The notes under the pieces: model-generated
What the model saw: the letters and a program-made list of their open reading frames with translations, nothing else
Told to the model about the DNA's origin: nothing
The model's database searches: none
From: Squalus acanthias
Lineage: Eukaryota
Direction: 5' to 3'
Assembly (NCBI GenBank): GCA_030390025.1
Contig: CM059433.1
Span: forward strand, 24,182,001 to 24,246,000
DNA: 64,000 nucleotides
Shown: piece after piece, positions 61,396-64,000 of the stretch
How the letters are laid out: each line of letters opens with the position of its first letter
Numbering within the stretch: position 1 is the first letter of the stretch
Translations under genes and position numbers: made by a program

Positions 61396-63215
61396 AGACA
61401 TCAACTAACCTCTGAAGCAATTAACTGTGTTTACAGGCAACAACATCAAAAGAAACCAACAAGGACAGATGACTCTTATTGAAAGTCAGCTGGATTAAAA
61501 GAGGTTGGTGTATTGCCGACCCTTTGAGCCACATAAACAAAGAACTTGTGAGGCAGATGATGAGCTCCTGGTTTGGGTCAGAATGACCTCTTCAACACAT
61601 TGGCCTTTGGCGGCCAAAGAAGTGAGGGCCAGAAACTAAGGATGGCTGTACAGGAAGGCGAAGCCCACCCGGAGGAAGCAAAGCAATTTTTAAAGAATGG
61701 CCTCCCCTAAAGCATCCGTTCAAATTGGGCCCTGAGCGTCTGGGGTGCTGCCGAGGGGCTCCAGCTGCAATATGGGGAGGATCTATAAACTACATTAAAG
61801 TCAGCATCATAATAAGCCGAGAGTATTGGGGCATTTTCAATGCATGCCTGGCGAAAGGGGCAGTGAGCAGGCCTGAGGCTTCAGTGTCCCATTATGCAGG
61901 GAGCCAGCGGCCAATATATATATCAATGCAGCATCATAGTATCAACAAACTAAAATCAACTTCTAATTACTCTGTTCATTTAAAGTCATATAAAAATGAT
62001 ATAATACAGAAATGTTCACAGGAGCATAAATGCGTAATCTCGGAGCATCACACCTACGAAGTAGGGAATAGTGTTTGAGGTGCCTTCAAAAGGCAATTAT
62101 CACCAATTTAGCAAGCTGAAGAATACTTATGTGCAGAAGTTCTGTTATAAAGCGGAACACCGATTCCATACTGGGAGGATGTTTGGGAGCAGCAATAAAA
62201 CCAGGGGGGGTGGGGGGGAAATCAGTGTAATACTGTATTACTGAAACTTCTCTGCGGCGACAGACAATTAACGCACGTGATAAGCTTAACGACTAGAGTA
62301 ATTTCTAGGCTTTAGTGGAAATTCAAATGAATAACTGAACAAATCCAAAAAAAAACATCACATTTTACAATAATGTTTATTTCTCCTTTCAACTAATCAA
62401 ATCTACTGGGTGCATTTTTCTAAAATGGCGGGGTATGTAAAGCAAAGTATCTTTTATGGTGATTTATTTTTCTAGCAGGGATGTGGTTTTTGCAACAAAC
62501 AAAAAAAAAAGAGGAATCCACTGCTAAATTGAAAGGTGGGGAATTCAATTTGAAGGCGTTAGATTCTGGTCGGCAAAGATGAAAATTACACTTTCATACT
62601 GAGAACGTATGAGTGTGAAAAGAAAATGAAAAAGATAACATTTCATCATAACTTCCTTATCAGTTTTAGATTAAATTCATGCCTTTTACCTTCTCTACTA
62701 ACATGCAACCGTAAGCGGAGAAGCCATTTCGTAATTTGCCGATCATAATAAAGAACAGTAACTGCTTATGCTATCTCCACAGGTAGTTATGCTCTTCACA
62801 TGATAGCCCCCAAGGGCTTCAACGGAATCCCACTCTCACAGAGATTACAAAATGGAGACACAAACATCCTTTCACAAGGTTATACAATCCTGGGCGAGAC
62901 TCTGGGCGCATTTGTGATCATCTGGTTATCAGGTGAATAGGGACAAGTTTCAAGAGCATCCAGTTATTTTGTCACGGAACAGCAAGAAAACAAAAAAGTA
63001 CTGAAAAAAATACCTGCGAACGTACTGGAACTTTTTCGCACAGCACTGTTAAGTACAAAAGATATTTGGAAGTTTTTGTGGAAAATTTGAAAGGTAAAAA
63101 AAGAAAACCTCAAAAAAGCAGCAAGCACTGCCACAGTATTAGCCTCAGGATTTTACCAAGTCGTCATTCCAGCACCAATTCCGTACTTGTACAGCACAAA
63201 TGTATGCAATTTTAC

Positions 63216-63293
63216 CTTCAAATCGGCTTCACCAGCATTATGAGTGTCCTGACAGAAAATACTGTATCCTCCAGCCCAAACACCTCTCAACAG
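63216..63293 (-). CDS. ELOVL5: ELOVL5 fatty acid elongase, internal coding exon (78 bp): LLRGVWAGGYSIFCQDTHNAGEADLK
   Basis: tcctcag acceptor, gtaaaa donor, phase 0/0. The peptide resembles the ELOVL5 segment LVTGVWEGKYNFFCQ...ESDMK. Upstream exons lie outside the window. Confidence 0.9.
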
Positions 63294-64000
63294 CTGAGGA
63301 AATAAATAGACTTATTTTGTAATTATTGGTAGTTTATCTGAAAAAATTAACAAAGAAAAGGTCGTTTTCAAACGATTATAAGGAAAAATCCTATCCACCC
63401 AACATATGCAAGAGAACCACATTAACAAGAAAAGGAAATTTGTTCCAGCAAGCTTGTCTCTTCACAGATCACAGGCAATCCAATCCGGCATGGATTCTAC
63501 CCAACTAATTTCATTTCCTGGCGAATGGTTAAAGTTTCTCCATAACATTCAAAGCAAATCTTGAAATCTTGGCGAAGCAAGGAAGTGTGGAACAGCAAGG
63601 AGCATTGTGTGTGAGTTACTGAACGCGTGACGAAGACTTTTTTGTGATTTGCTTAAAAAAACAACAAAACTACGGCCAACTACAGGAGAAAAAGAACTGA
63701 GGATGTTACCAGAGTGAGTTCTTTATCTATGGCCGAGTGGGAGAGGGGGTACCTGGGGAGGTGATGTAAAGTTCTTTATGGAGAAGCATTCCTAGGCTGT
63801 TTTCCCCTGTGAAGATGATATAAAATCTTATTTGTACATGGAAAGTGATGAATGAAGATTTGAAGCTTGTGCTAGACAACTAATCATGCCAGACAAAATC
63901 ATTTATCTTGCGTTACTTTTGATCTGGTACACAATGTCCCAGTCATGGCATTCTCCACCCTAGGGTCAGTTATTTCCCTCCTAATCCACTGTCAAATACT

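Noticed and set aside
44342..63293. ELOVL2 assignment
   Set aside because: Diagnostic segments ([51 protein letters not shown]) match ELOVL5.

Overview
Eukaryotic, repeat-rich vertebrate DNA, most likely a cartilaginous fish (shark). The evidence is abundant CR1 LINEs plus HE1-like V-SINEs and SacSINE1-like Deu-SINEs. The only host gene I can support is ELOVL5 on the minus strand. Its last five coding exons (63293 to 44342; 78/172/125/135/126 bp, all GT-AG) splice in frame, and the earlier exons lie beyond the window end. The rest is layered transposable elements. (1) A nearly intact 4.2-kb autonomous PIF/Harbinger transposon at 33376-37585 carries an intact 3-exon Myb/SANT gene and a DDE transposase broken by one nonsense codon, and it sits inside a ~2-kb solo-LTR-like element. 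(2) Short TSD-flanked Penelope-like elements carry minimal hammerhead ribozymes; two are in sense orientation in one ELOVL5 intron. (3) There are also Harbinger and hAT MITEs, a CR1>SINE>RTE nest and a 1.47-kb 27/28-bp minisatellite. No CRISPR array, rRNA or bona fide tRNA gene was seen. TE family names come from motif recognition, not database searches, and TE boundaries without a TSD are approximate.
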